DNA of 64,000 nucleotides. It comes from Candidatus Doudnabacteria bacterium RIFCSPHIGHO2_02_FULL_42_25 (GTDB taxonomy: Bacteria > Patescibacteriota > Doudnabacteria > UBA920 > O2-02-FULL-48-8). Positions 17,148 to 25,905 of the stretch are shown one piece after another. Positions within the stretch are counted from its first letter, which is position 1; the number at the start of each line of letters is the position of its first letter. The translations under genes and the position numbers were made by a program. The stretch covers positions 128,880 to 192,879 of the forward strand of contig MFEQ01000006.1 of assembly GCA_001777665.1 (NCBI GenBank). Direction: 5' to 3'. The notes beneath the pieces are model-generated. The model was not told the origin of the DNA. It was given only the letters and a program-made list of their open reading frames with translations, and ran no database searches.

Positions 17148-18644
17148 TTATAACTTTCGAACGATACCCTTATTTGCATCCACTTCGACTTTGTCACCAT
17201 CTTTTAAAACCTTCGTTGCTATTTTGGTACCAATAATGCACGGGGTGCCTAGCTCGCGAGAAACAATTGCTGCATGAGAAGTAATGCCGCCTTGTTCAGT
17301 AATAATTGCCGCAGCTTTTTTCATCGCAGGTACTACATCAACATCTGTAGCGATACTAACCAAAATATCGCCTTGTTTCATCTTCGGCATGTCCTTTGCC
17401 CTGATGATTATTTTCACGGTTCCTTTTGCATAACCAGGTTGAACGGTTTGGCCTGTAAATTCTTTTACATTTTTATTGATCTTCGTGGCTACCATTGATC
17501 TCAACTTTTTTTCCATTGCTCCCATGTATACAGTTTCAAAACCCTCTTCAGTATAAAGGACACAATGTTTTAATCTTATAGACAAAATATTTTTATCTAT
17601 CCTGCCATTTAATAAAGCATCTTTGACTTCTGCTTGAAGCATAAATTGGAGTTGATACCTAGAAATTCCAAGACGTTTTGCAATTTCCTTGAGTAATGTT
17701 TTATGAACAAAATATAAATTTAAAAGCTGGGCGTTTCTGCGAATTAGTTTTGACAACGCAAAATCTTTGGCGTTTTCGAAAAGCCTTTTATATTGCACAG
17801 AGACTTTTAATTTTTTATAGATCTTTTTCTGCTTCTCTCTAGCGGTTTTCAAGTATTGTTCTTGCTTTGCCAATATTTTCTTGGTATTGATTCCTGTTTT
17901 CGCTAATTCGAATAATTCTTTGAGATAGTGATCCACTCCAAAGGGATCAACATTCCCAGCGTAAATGTAGCCGAGATGACCCCATTTTTGCGCATGCTTA
18001 GTTAGGGCATCTTTCAAATGCTGAGGTATAGTTCTCGCTTTAAGAAATTTTTTGTATTTCTCATGAATAACTAGGAAATCTTTCCGCTCATCGGCGACGA
18101 TAGTTTTCCTTGAGGGCGTAGTTAAAACAACAAATGCCTGTTCTGCCTCTTCTTTACTGTTACTAACTGCGTATAAATAGCTCTTTAATTTATTCGTGAA
18201 ATTATTATGAAATAAGTCTGCGGCAACCGGTATCCACCCATAGGTATAAAGTTTGGTCTGAAGCTTATCGGTATCCTTGTACAATTTCCAAAGCTGCTTA
18301 TTATTATATTTCTCAAGCGGTAACTTATCTAATTTCTTGGAAAACAAAATTAACTTATGGGACCAAGAAATAATGTTTCTATCCAGTTCTTTACCGAATT
18401 TAGGTCTTTCTAGCAATGCTCTTATAATTGATTCAGCAACTTCATTGGAGTCTTTTTCTCCAACATAAAAATCCAAAGTAAAACCTTTGTATAGTCCCAA
18501 GAACTTTTTGTATCTTTTTATAAAATCGTAACTCCAATCAGAAGCAAAACAAGAGGCCGGGACTTGGAAAAAATAAATATCGCAATCCGGAATATTTTCT
18601 CCAAAAAGCCACTTGTCCTTATCAAACAATAACTTCGGCTTCAT
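17148..18644 (-). CDS. Swivel-domain paralog G (long class)
   Basis: 498 aa. ...ITEQGGITSHAAIVSRELGTPCIIGTKIATKVLKDGDKVEVDANKGIVRKL. Overlaps H by 4 nt. Confidence 0.8.
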   Translation of the reverse strand: MKPKLLFDKDKWLFGENIPDCDIYFFQVPASCFASDWSYDFIKRYKKFLGLYKGFTLDFYVGEKDSNEVAESIIRALLERPKFGKELDRNIISWSHKLILFSKKLDKLPLEKYNNKQLWKLYKDTDKLQTKLYTYGWIPVAADLFHNNFTNKLKSYLYAVSNSKEEAEQAFVVLTTPSRKTIVADERKDFLVIHEKYKKFLKARTIPQHLKDALTKHAQKWGHLGYIYAGNVDPFGVDHYLKELFELAKTGINTKKILAKQEQYLKTAREKQKKIYKKLKVSVQYKRLFENAKDFALSKLIRRNAQLLNLYFVHKTLLKEIAKRLGISRYQLQFMLQAEVKDALLNGRIDKNILSIRLKHCVLYTEEGFETVYMGAMEKKLRSMVATKINKNVKEFTGQTVQPGYAKGTVKIIIRAKDMPKMKQGDILVSIATDVDVVPAMKKAAAIITEQGGITSHAAIVSRELGTPCIIGTKIATKVLKDGDKVEVDANKGIVRKL

Positions 18645-20107
18645 ACTTTTCTTACGATTCCTTTGTCTGCATCCACTTCAATCATATCCCCATCTTTAAA
18701 AAGCTTAGTTGCGAATTTAGTACCAATGACACACGGTTTCTTCATCTCGCGAGCAACAATTGCAGCATGAGATGTGATGCCTCCACTATCGGTAACGAAC
18801 CCACGCGCTCTGCCCATTGCGGGTAAAACATCTGGAGTTGTAGTAACCGCAACGAGAATATCGTCGTGGGTAACTTTTTGTAGATCTGGAATCCCAAACA
18901 CTAATTTCGCCCGTCCTCGTGCTTTGCCCGGGAATGCAGATTGACCCTCGATGTAATCTTGTTTAATCTCAATGGCTTTTTCAAGAATTCTACCCAAGGT
19001 CGCATCGATTTTATTTGCAGGAATAAACTTAATTTTTCTATTCGAAACAATTTTAAGCACTCGGTGCCTTCTCCTTAAAATTTCAACCGTATCTATTTTT
19101 TTACCTGAAACGAAATCTAAAATCTCGTTCCTTAGTGCATAGCGAAAAAAGTAAACAGGGACCGCATGTTTTTTTGCTAATTGAAGAAATACTGTCTCTA
19201 AAGCATATTGAATGACATGTCGAACATTTAGCCGATAGGCTTTCGTAAACATAAGCGTACGCGCTTGATCAAACATATAAATTTCGTGGTCGGATAACCC
19301 AAGATCTTTTTCTATTCTCCTTTGTTCTTTTTCTAAATTTCTGAAGTAGTTTCTATGTTCATTCAACTGCTCTTGAGCAGTTTTTTCATTCTTGAGAATT
19401 TTCCTCACTCTCTGAATAAAATCTTCATCTGTCCAAAGTGGACCTTGATAACCAAAATTTAACCACTTGTACTTTTTAGCATGGGCTTTAAATTTCTTGG
19501 AAACAACTATTTTATTGAGAGTTTTATACTGCTTTATTATTTCTAATAGTCTCAATAGCTCTGCCCAATTTAAATCAGGTTGATCGGGACTAATCAATAT
19601 TGCCAAATACTTCTGCGTGGGATTCTTGGGAGTACTATATTTCTCTAAAATTCCTGCGAGACGATTGCTGAAAAAATTGTGATCATAATCACTTACAACA
19701 GCTAAGCAGCCCAATCCGTTTAACTCAACGTAATGTTTGAACACTTGTTTTAGCCACGAAAGATATTTCTTATCATTCCACCTTCTCAAATCTTGATCAA
19801 TGACTTGATGAGCAAGTTTAAAGACAATTTGGCCATGATAAATATGCTCTTCTAAATTGCCGTGAGCATCTAGTTTTCCTTTGGTCAATCTATCTTGGAT
19901 TTTTTGGCCGAGTCTATTCCACAATTTAATATCTACACCCCATTGACCTTCATCCTGACTGACATGCATTACGGTGTTACTAAAATAGTCACCGACAAAT
20001 CGCTTTACAGATGGTGAGAACAGAAACCCATCCTCAATCATTGTCCATGAAAACAAGTTCATATTTGTTTCCATTATTAAGTTTTTTATCGAGTGCGGTT
20101 TAATCAT
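18641..20107 (-). CDS. Swivel-domain paralog H (long class)
   Basis: 488 aa. ...VTDSGGITSHAAIVAREMKKPCVIGTKFATKLFKDGDMIEVDADKGIVRKV. Overlaps the ATP-grasp gene by 4 nt. Confidence 0.8.
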   Translation of the reverse strand: MIKPHSIKNLIMETNMNLFSWTMIEDGFLFSPSVKRFVGDYFSNTVMHVSQDEGQWGVDIKLWNRLGQKIQDRLTKGKLDAHGNLEEHIYHGQIVFKLAHQVIDQDLRRWNDKKYLSWLKQVFKHYVELNGLGCLAVVSDYDHNFFSNRLAGILEKYSTPKNPTQKYLAILISPDQPDLNWAELLRLLEIIKQYKTLNKIVVSKKFKAHAKKYKWLNFGYQGPLWTDEDFIQRVRKILKNEKTAQEQLNEHRNYFRNLEKEQRRIEKDLGLSDHEIYMFDQARTLMFTKAYRLNVRHVIQYALETVFLQLAKKHAVPVYFFRYALRNEILDFVSGKKIDTVEILRRRHRVLKIVSNRKIKFIPANKIDATLGRILEKAIEIKQDYIEGQSAFPGKARGRAKLVFGIPDLQKVTHDDILVAVTTTPDVLPAMGRARGFVTDSGGITSHAAIVAREMKKPCVIGTKFATKLFKDGDMIEVDADKGIVRKV

Positions 20108-21039
20108 AGTGTTGTTATTGGTCTGCTTTGAGTAATGTAAAACTTACCCTTAACATAAGCCCACTCGATGTCTTGAGGATGTTTGTAATGTTTTTCAATA
20201 TTTTTTGCAATTTTAGCAAACTCTACAATTTGTTTACCAGTCAGTTTCTGTTTGCCACCGGCTCTTGGTGATAATTTTTTGTGCAAATTCTTATTCCCGG
20301 ATTTTACTATCATCATGCTTTGCTCCGAGACATTGATATCGAGAATAGAAAAATCATCTTTATGAACGATATATGTATCCGGAGTTACCGATCCTGAAAC
20401 AATCGCCTCGCCCAAACCAAAACCAGCTTCAATCACCATTTGATTATAATCTTTGGTCACTGGGTGTACCGTAAAGCAAATTCCAGAAACTTCGGATTGG
20501 ACCATGGTTTGGACGACTACTGCCACAGAAACAAATTTTTTGTGGAGTTTTTTCTCAAACCGATAAAAAATAGCTCGTGGAGTAAATAGTGATGACCAGC
20601 ATTTCTGGACATTTTTCAGCAAATCTTTTTCAGTAGTATTGAGGTAAGTTTCCAGCTGCCCTGCCCATGCATCAGTTGAGCTGTCTTCTGCGGTTGCCGA
20701 TGAACGCACAGCAACAAAACGACTTTTCAAAAGTTTGAAGTGCTTTTTAATTTTCTCGGCTATGTCCCTCGGCATTTTTGCACCAGCTATTAATGCTCTG
20801 ATTTTTTCCGAAGCCCGCTCGACACTATTGATATCTTTGTGATTAACTTTTTTCAAAATCGATTCAATCTCCACATCCAAATCAGTTTCTTTTAGAAACT
20901 GCTCAAAAGAAGATGCCAGCACGACGAAACCTGGCGGTACTGGAATTCGAGCATTCGTCATTTCACCAAGCGAAGCCCCTTTACCACCGGCTTCAGAAAC
21001 ACTCTTCTTATTTAGTTGTTTGAAAGATTTGATAAACAT
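20104..21039 (-). CDS. Stand-alone PEP-synthase/PPDK-type ATP-grasp nucleotide-binding domain protein (PPDK_N)
   Basis: 311 aa. SEAGGKGASLGEMTNARIPVPPGFVV (GGKGANLGEM...VP.GF signature) ... FVAVRSSATAEDS ... EIEWAYVKGKFYITQSRPIT (PPDK_N domain end). No swivel or TIM-barrel domain in this gene. Confidence 0.8.
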   Translation of the reverse strand: MFIKSFKQLNKKSVSEAGGKGASLGEMTNARIPVPPGFVVLASSFEQFLKETDLDVEIESILKKVNHKDINSVERASEKIRALIAGAKMPRDIAEKIKKHFKLLKSRFVAVRSSATAEDSSTDAWAGQLETYLNTTEKDLLKNVQKCWSSLFTPRAIFYRFEKKLHKKFVSVAVVVQTMVQSEVSGICFTVHPVTKDYNQMVIEAGFGLGEAIVSGSVTPDTYIVHKDDFSILDINVSEQSMMIVKSGNKNLHKKLSPRAGGKQKLTGKQIVEFAKIAKNIEKHYKHPQDIEWAYVKGKFYITQSRPITTL

Positions 21040-21163
21040 AATCTATAGGAATCATAGCTAATTTTGAGGTATTCGAAAAGGTCAACTCCGACGCACGAAG
21101 TGGTCGGAGTTCCGACATCGACTTCGTCGATCGTCGGAAAAAAAGAAGCCCCGATGACTGGAG

Positions 21164-21547
21164 CTAATGGATGACTTGTACCAGGGACCGAATAGTGGGC
21201 TTGCCCGATTTCGGCCAAATAGTGACCAATGGTTGATAGTCGTTGTCGGTATCGTATCCCGGTGGGTAGACGTGAGTAACTTCTGCGATCCTGCCTTCCT
21301 TATTGCGACGGATGATGCCGAAGGAAAGCTGATGAACCATGACGTTTGCGATGTGTATGCCGTACGTGTCTTCGCAATAGATGACACGTTCATCTTCGCA
21401 ATCACAGTCTTCGATAAATTCGATCAGGGAGTTGGTGTCCACTGGATCGAAGTTATAAGGCTTGACCTTGACGTCATCACCGTGAATGAGAATAAGGATC
21501 CGCGCGTCGTCGCGATTGATCGTTTTGGTGGGCAGAAAGACTTTCAT
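21164..21547 (-). CDS. Hypothetical protein, moderately GC-rich
   Basis: 127 aa ORF with no recognisable motif. Followed on the minus strand by hairpin aactccga...tcggagtt. Confidence 0.35.
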   Translation of the reverse strand: MKVFLPTKTINRDDARILILIHGDDVKVKPYNFDPVDTNSLIEFIEDCDCEDERVIYCEDTYGIHIANVMVHQLSFGIIRRNKEGRIAEVTHVYPPGYDTDNDYQPLVTIWPKSGKPTIRSLVQVIH

Positions 21548-21655
21548 CGGTTCCTCCGATGTGGTTGGGGAAACTTGTTAACCCCAGCATAACAGAATTT
21601 GTAATTACTTACTAGTGTTATATACTTATGTTAGACAATTAAAAAAATAAATTAC

Positions 21656-22225
21656 ATGAAAGATAAACTTTTGTTTGGAGTTGTGGGTTTGGTCTTAGGC
21701 ATTGTGGTTGTGCAATTCCTTCGTCCGTCCACGCCGATGATGATGGATAGTTCTAGTATGGATTATCAATTTATAAATCAAATGATCCCGCATCACGAAG
21801 ATGCCATCACGATGTCTGAATTGGCTTTGGAAAAAGCCGAACATGAGGAGATAAAAACTCTGGCCCAAAGCATTATCACCTCTCAATCCAAAGAAATTGA
21901 GCAGATGCAAGGATGGCAAAAAGATTGGTTTAGTAGCTTGTTTATTTCAAAAGCTTTAGCTCACGGCACGTCGCACGGGCTAAATATGGGTCTGATGGGT
22001 AATGAGAGTGACCTTGAAGAATTAGGAAACGCCCAACCGTTTGATAAAAAGTTTATCGAAGAAATGATCCCGCATCACCAGATGGCGGTAATGATGGCAC
22101 AAATGGTTTGGAACACTACAAATCGAGAGGAAATGAAACAATTAGCAAAAAATATTGTCACTGCGCAAAATCAAGAAATTGATCAAATGAGAAATTGGTA
22201 TAATCAGTGGTACAAATCAAATTAA
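21656..22225 (+). CDS. DUF305-family protein (duplicated four-helix metal-binding repeat), N-terminal TM/signal
   Basis: Two repeats of MIPHH(E/Q).A..M. ... QEI.QM. .W. Typical DUF305. Confidence 0.7.
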   Translation: MKDKLLFGVVGLVLGIVVVQFLRPSTPMMMDSSSMDYQFINQMIPHHEDAITMSELALEKAEHEEIKTLAQSIITSQSKEIEQMQGWQKDWFSSLFISKALAHGTSHGLNMGLMGNESDLEELGNAQPFDKKFIEEMIPHHQMAVMMAQMVWNTTNREEMKQLAKNIVTAQNQEIDQMRNWYNQWYKSN

Positions 22226-22360
22226 CTTGTAGCGAGGATTAAATTTTTGGACGCTTTGCGTATTTCTTCAGAAATCGCAACGCGAGTAAAAATCTACTCT
22301 GAAGTACATAACAGTTGCAGATTTTTACGTTCACAAAAATTTCAATCCGAGCGTTCTTGG

Positions 22361-22431
22361 TCGGGGTGCCGGGAATTGAACCCGGTCTACACCCACCCCA
22401 TGGGCGCGTACTACCGGTATACTACACCCCG
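22361..22431 (-). tRNA. tRNA-Pro (anticodon GGG)
   Basis: Hand-folded. Acceptor CGGGGTG/CACCCCG, anticodon stem CGCCC/GGGTG, loop ATGGGGT (U33, GGG, G37), T-arm CCGGG-TTCAATT-CCCGG, discriminator A. 71 nt, no encoded CCA. Confidence 0.8.
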
Positions 22432-23614
22432 TTCTTCGCAGACTCTATTATAGTTAATTTTTAGAGATAAAAAAAGAGGTCCAACTAGTTGCTAGTTGTA
22501 ACCTCGGTCCTCTTCGTGAGGATCGTCCTCGTCGCCAGGATCAGGACCGCTCTCGAAATCTGGCGGGGATTTCGAGTCAGACTCAGTCTGCTCAGGTACC
22601 AATGGTTCGGGACTCGACATACTCATCTTCTCTCTACTGTTTCAAACCGGGCGGCCAATCGTCGACCAAATCGGTCAAAGCGCGCCCCAACATTCACCTG
22701 AAGCTCGAAGGACTGGCTCGGCAGTTGTCGCTGCGGACAACACCTCCGATTGTGACCCGGCTGCCGGCATAGTGCACAAATCTTCTTTCTTCGTCCCTGG
22801 ATGTTCGACATGGACACTCCTATGTCTGGGTCTTGGGTTTGCAGGGTTGGATCGTAATGGGCATTCCCTTCTGACACCGACCACAGATTTTTCCTTCACG
22901 ACCAGCCTCGTCGTGAGATGGGTCAGGCTCATATCCGGCATTGCGTTCGAGTGTTGTGGGCGCCATGTTCACCTGCCTATCCGGCGTAGCGTTCGTTGAC
23001 GATGTCTTCATCCGGATCAACGTATTGAACCGGAGGGTGCCTTAGTTCTTCCTCCTGTGGAGTCATTCGTTCATCGTTCGACTGCTGGTGTGCGTCCATA
23101 ACCTGGCCTTCCTCCAGTATCAGCTGGGACATATGTTTCCTCCGTGACCTTGGTCTTGCTGTCTAGTGTAGTGTTGCTGAATTCACATCTCATGTTCCTA
23201 TTTTTCATAAAATCTGAATTCAGACTTGGCCAACAAAAATCCGACCACTTCGGTCGGTTCATTCAGCTTGATCTTTGATCGTTGTTACGTGATCATTGAC
23301 GCTTATCTGAACCGACTCGAACTGGGACTTGGTCAACCTTAATAATCCCCAAAACGATTTGGGCGATAGAGGAGATCAAGTTGTGGATAGTTAGTCGATT
23401 CATCCCGTTAGAAATAATGATTAGTTGCTTGATAATAATCGTTTATAATTGCCACACTAGATTATATTTTAACAATAGCTTTTTACTATGTCAAAATTTC
23501 TAACGGTATTCATAAACTTAGTAATATTATATAGCAGCAAAAAAACTAAGTCAACAAAGCCTATCACAATAGTTACCTATTTGCCCCATATGGGGCAAAT
23601 AGGTACTCACCGGA

Positions 23615-23645
23615 AAAGAAAAAAGGTCAAGAACGGGTCTTGACC
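23615..23645 (-). terminator. Rho-independent terminator (minus) after ORF 23662-23946; adjacent perfect palindrome 23576-23603
   Basis: ggtcaaga-acggg-tcttgacc stem with a T-run on the minus strand. Neighbouring cctatttgcccca-tat-ggggcaaatagg 12-bp stem. Confidence 0.5.
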
Positions 23646-23661
23646 TAAGGACTGAATCAGG

Positions 23662-23946
23662 TTACAGCCAGAGTGACAGCGGAGTGGGCTGCCATGTGCG
23701 ATTGAAGGCACGATGGCGCCTAGCCACCTCGGCGCGTTCACGTCTGACGTCGTTGAGGTACGTCAGATGGGTGATCTGCGTTTGTGCAGCTCTCAGCTGA
23801 TCTTCCTCAAGCCTCGTCCGCTCCGGCTTGGATTCAAAGCGTCGGACCTTTCTTAGCAGCGTTCTGATTTCCTTCTGACGACCGCTGATCGTGCGTAGGA
23901 GCGGATCCCGCATTGCAATGCCCGGTGTTTTCACAAACATTAGCAT
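23662..23946 (-). CDS. Hypothetical Arg-rich small protein in GC-rich island
   Basis: 94 aa ORF followed by a terminator. No motif. Coding status uncertain. Confidence 0.3.
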   Translation of the reverse strand: MLMFVKTPGIAMRDPLLRTISGRQKEIRTLLRKVRRFESKPERTRLEEDQLRAAQTQITHLTYLNDVRRERAEVARRHRAFNRTWQPTPLSLWL

Positions 23947-24663
23947 CTCCTCTACGACATAAACTCTGACGCTTTGCTTCCGGGTGGGGTCGAACCGACA
24001 TCGATGGGTCTTGCCGTTTTGCGACTGCCCGTCGGTGACGGGACAGCCTTGGGCTGCTTACCCTCTACAGCTGGATCGGGATCCACAGGACGGGTAACCT
24101 GCTCGGGTTTCAACGACATATTGTTATTCCCCCTTAAAGCTACGGCAGATAAAAAAAACACCAGCCGGATGGCTGGGTTCGGTTTGCGAAAATTTCTATG
24201 CAAACTCAACCAACCACCTCGGGATGGCTAAACCAAAAATAGAAATTCGGTCTGATTGATTGCATAACAAAAGTATTATAATGCCTAGGAACCAGAGAGT
24301 CAAGGCATAAAAAAGGACCCAGGCACCCTGAGAAGGGTGCACTGGGCTCAAGACGTACGACGCTAATTCCTCGGCGTCTTACGTCGATCGACTTTAGGCC
24401 GCAATCCAAGGAAACATGTCTGGTCCGATAACGCCTTTGGTGTCGTCCCGCTAGATACGCAGGCACAACTCAGGACGTCGACTCCCGCTTGCCTGATGAC
24501 GGTGACCTCTTTGTGATCACCAACTTCGATGAATTTTGCGGCAGTTTCTTCAGCTCTGGCCAATCAATCCTCCTATCAAGCAAACAAAAACACCGGCCAA
24601 CTGGGTCAGTGTTTGCATTTGCAAACCTTGAGTAAGTTTACATGTAGTTTAGCTTTGTGTCAA

Positions 24664-24755
24664 TAGGCGCGTCTGGCGTTATTCGTCGGCGCCACGCGTA
24701 TCGTCTGACGGTTACCGATACGCGCTGCGCTGCCGTACAATCATTAACGCATTTT
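24664..24755. repeat. GC-rich palindromic repeat element (copy 1) immediately 3' of parB
   Basis: cgttattcgtcg-gcgccacgcgtatcg-tctgacggttac-cgatacgcgctgcgc...ttaacgcatttt. Second, inverted copy at 52971-53040. Confidence 0.6.
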
Positions 24756-24756
24756 A

Positions 24757-25689
24757 TTACTCTTGAAGTCTCTTCACTTTGTCCAAGAAATTTTGGAGTT
24801 CTTCTTGGGAGAAAAATTCAATAGTGATTTTTCCGGCTTGGCCGCTTTTTTGAACCTTGACTTTGGTCCCAAATTTGCTGCGTAGATCACTTTCCAAAGC
24901 TGCAGACTCAGGATCAACTGGGCCTCGAGGCGCTTTGACCTGTTTCGGACGTTCCAGCATTTCTCGAACTTTGTCTTCGACTTGGCGCACAGTCATTTGT
25001 TGCAGGACGATCATATCGTACAAAGCCAACTGCTTCTCCATTCCTGGTAAAGCCAGGATAGACCGCGCATGCCCTTCAGTGATTTTACCTTCGGCGAGAG
25101 CATTTTGAATTTTCAGTGGCAAATTCAAAAGTCGCAACATATTCGTCACAGTTGTGCGACCCTTACCCACTTTCTTCGCAACTTCTTCTTGAGTCAGTTT
25201 GTACTGATCAATCAATTGTTTATAAGCCAGGGCTTCTTCGATCGGGTCTAGGTTATGACGCTGAATGTTTTCAATCAAAGCCAATTCCAATTTGTTCTGC
25301 TCTTCCAGATAATCGCGAATCACCACAGGGACTTTCGCCAACCCGGCCATTTTTGAAGCACGGAGTCTGCGTTCCCCGACGATCAACTGAAAAGTGCCAT
25401 CAGGAAGTGGAACCACAACCAACGGTTGCAGGATGCCGTGTTCTTTGATGGAAGCAGATAATTCAGCTAACTTTTCATCGTCAAAGACTCTTCGCGGCTG
25501 CCAGGGATTGGGTTTGATAATCTCGACTGGAATTTCCGCCATGCTGACCATGGGCAGATTCTCCGGTACGGCTTCCTTCACCGGTTCGGCCAGAGGCTCG
25601 GCCAATTCCATGGGGCTAGCAGGTGGCAGCTCTGGTGTTTCTACAATTTGAGAAATTGGTTCTAAAGGTTGTTGTGCTGGTTCATCCAT
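24757..25689 (-). CDS. parB: ParB/Spo0J partition protein with Pro/Glu-rich N-terminal extension
   Basis: QPRRVFDDEKLAELSASIKEHGILQPLVV...GERRLRA (ParB box II) ... HTH KVGKGRTTVTNMLRLL. No parA adjacent in this window. Confidence 0.85.
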   Translation of the reverse strand: MDEPAQQPLEPISQIVETPELPPASPMELAEPLAEPVKEAVPENLPMVSMAEIPVEIIKPNPWQPRRVFDDEKLAELSASIKEHGILQPLVVVPLPDGTFQLIVGERRLRASKMAGLAKVPVVIRDYLEEQNKLELALIENIQRHNLDPIEEALAYKQLIDQYKLTQEEVAKKVGKGRTTVTNMLRLLNLPLKIQNALAEGKITEGHARSILALPGMEKQLALYDMIVLQQMTVRQVEDKVREMLERPKQVKAPRGPVDPESAALESDLRSKFGTKVKVQKSGQAGKITIEFFSQEELQNFLDKVKRLQE

Positions 25690-25798
25690 TCGTTTGTTTC
25701 TTGATTACAAAATATTACGTAACGATTATAGCATAAAGTTTAAAAAACTATAAGCTTTTCAAAAGCCTTGATTTAAGTTAGAATATATTGCGAGTTAG

Positions 25799-25883
25799 GC
25801 CGGTGTGGCGGAATGGCAGACGCACACGACTCAAAATCGTGCGAGGTTTCCTCATGTGGGTTCGACTCCCTCCACCGGCACCA
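25799..25883 (+). tRNA. tRNA-Leu (anticodon CAA), CCA encoded
   Basis: Acceptor GCCGGTG/CACCGGC, anticodon stem CACGA/TCGTG, loop CTCAAAA, long variable arm (GAGG-TTT-CCTC), T-loop TTCGACT, 3' ACCA. One T-stem mismatch in my hand fold. Confidence 0.7.
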
Positions 25884-25905
25884 AAAAGACCCAAAAGGGG
25901 CCTTT

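Noticed and set aside
22247-22453. 68-aa plus ORF 22247-22453
   Set aside because: Overlaps and is explained by the tRNA-Pro gene on the opposite strand.
23975-24040. tRNA-like stretch (translates as GGVEPT; gggtggggtcgaaccgac)
   Set aside because: Could not build a cloverleaf: no complementary T-stem or acceptor on either strand. Left as part of the unexplained GC-rich island rather than called a tRNA or tmRNA.
22480-24750. rRNA fragment or CRISPR array in the GC-rich island
   Set aside because: None of the universal 16S/23S motifs (GTGCCAGCAGCCGCGGTAA, GTACACACCGCCCGT, etc.) are present. There are no regularly spaced direct repeats anywhere in the window, so no CRISPR.
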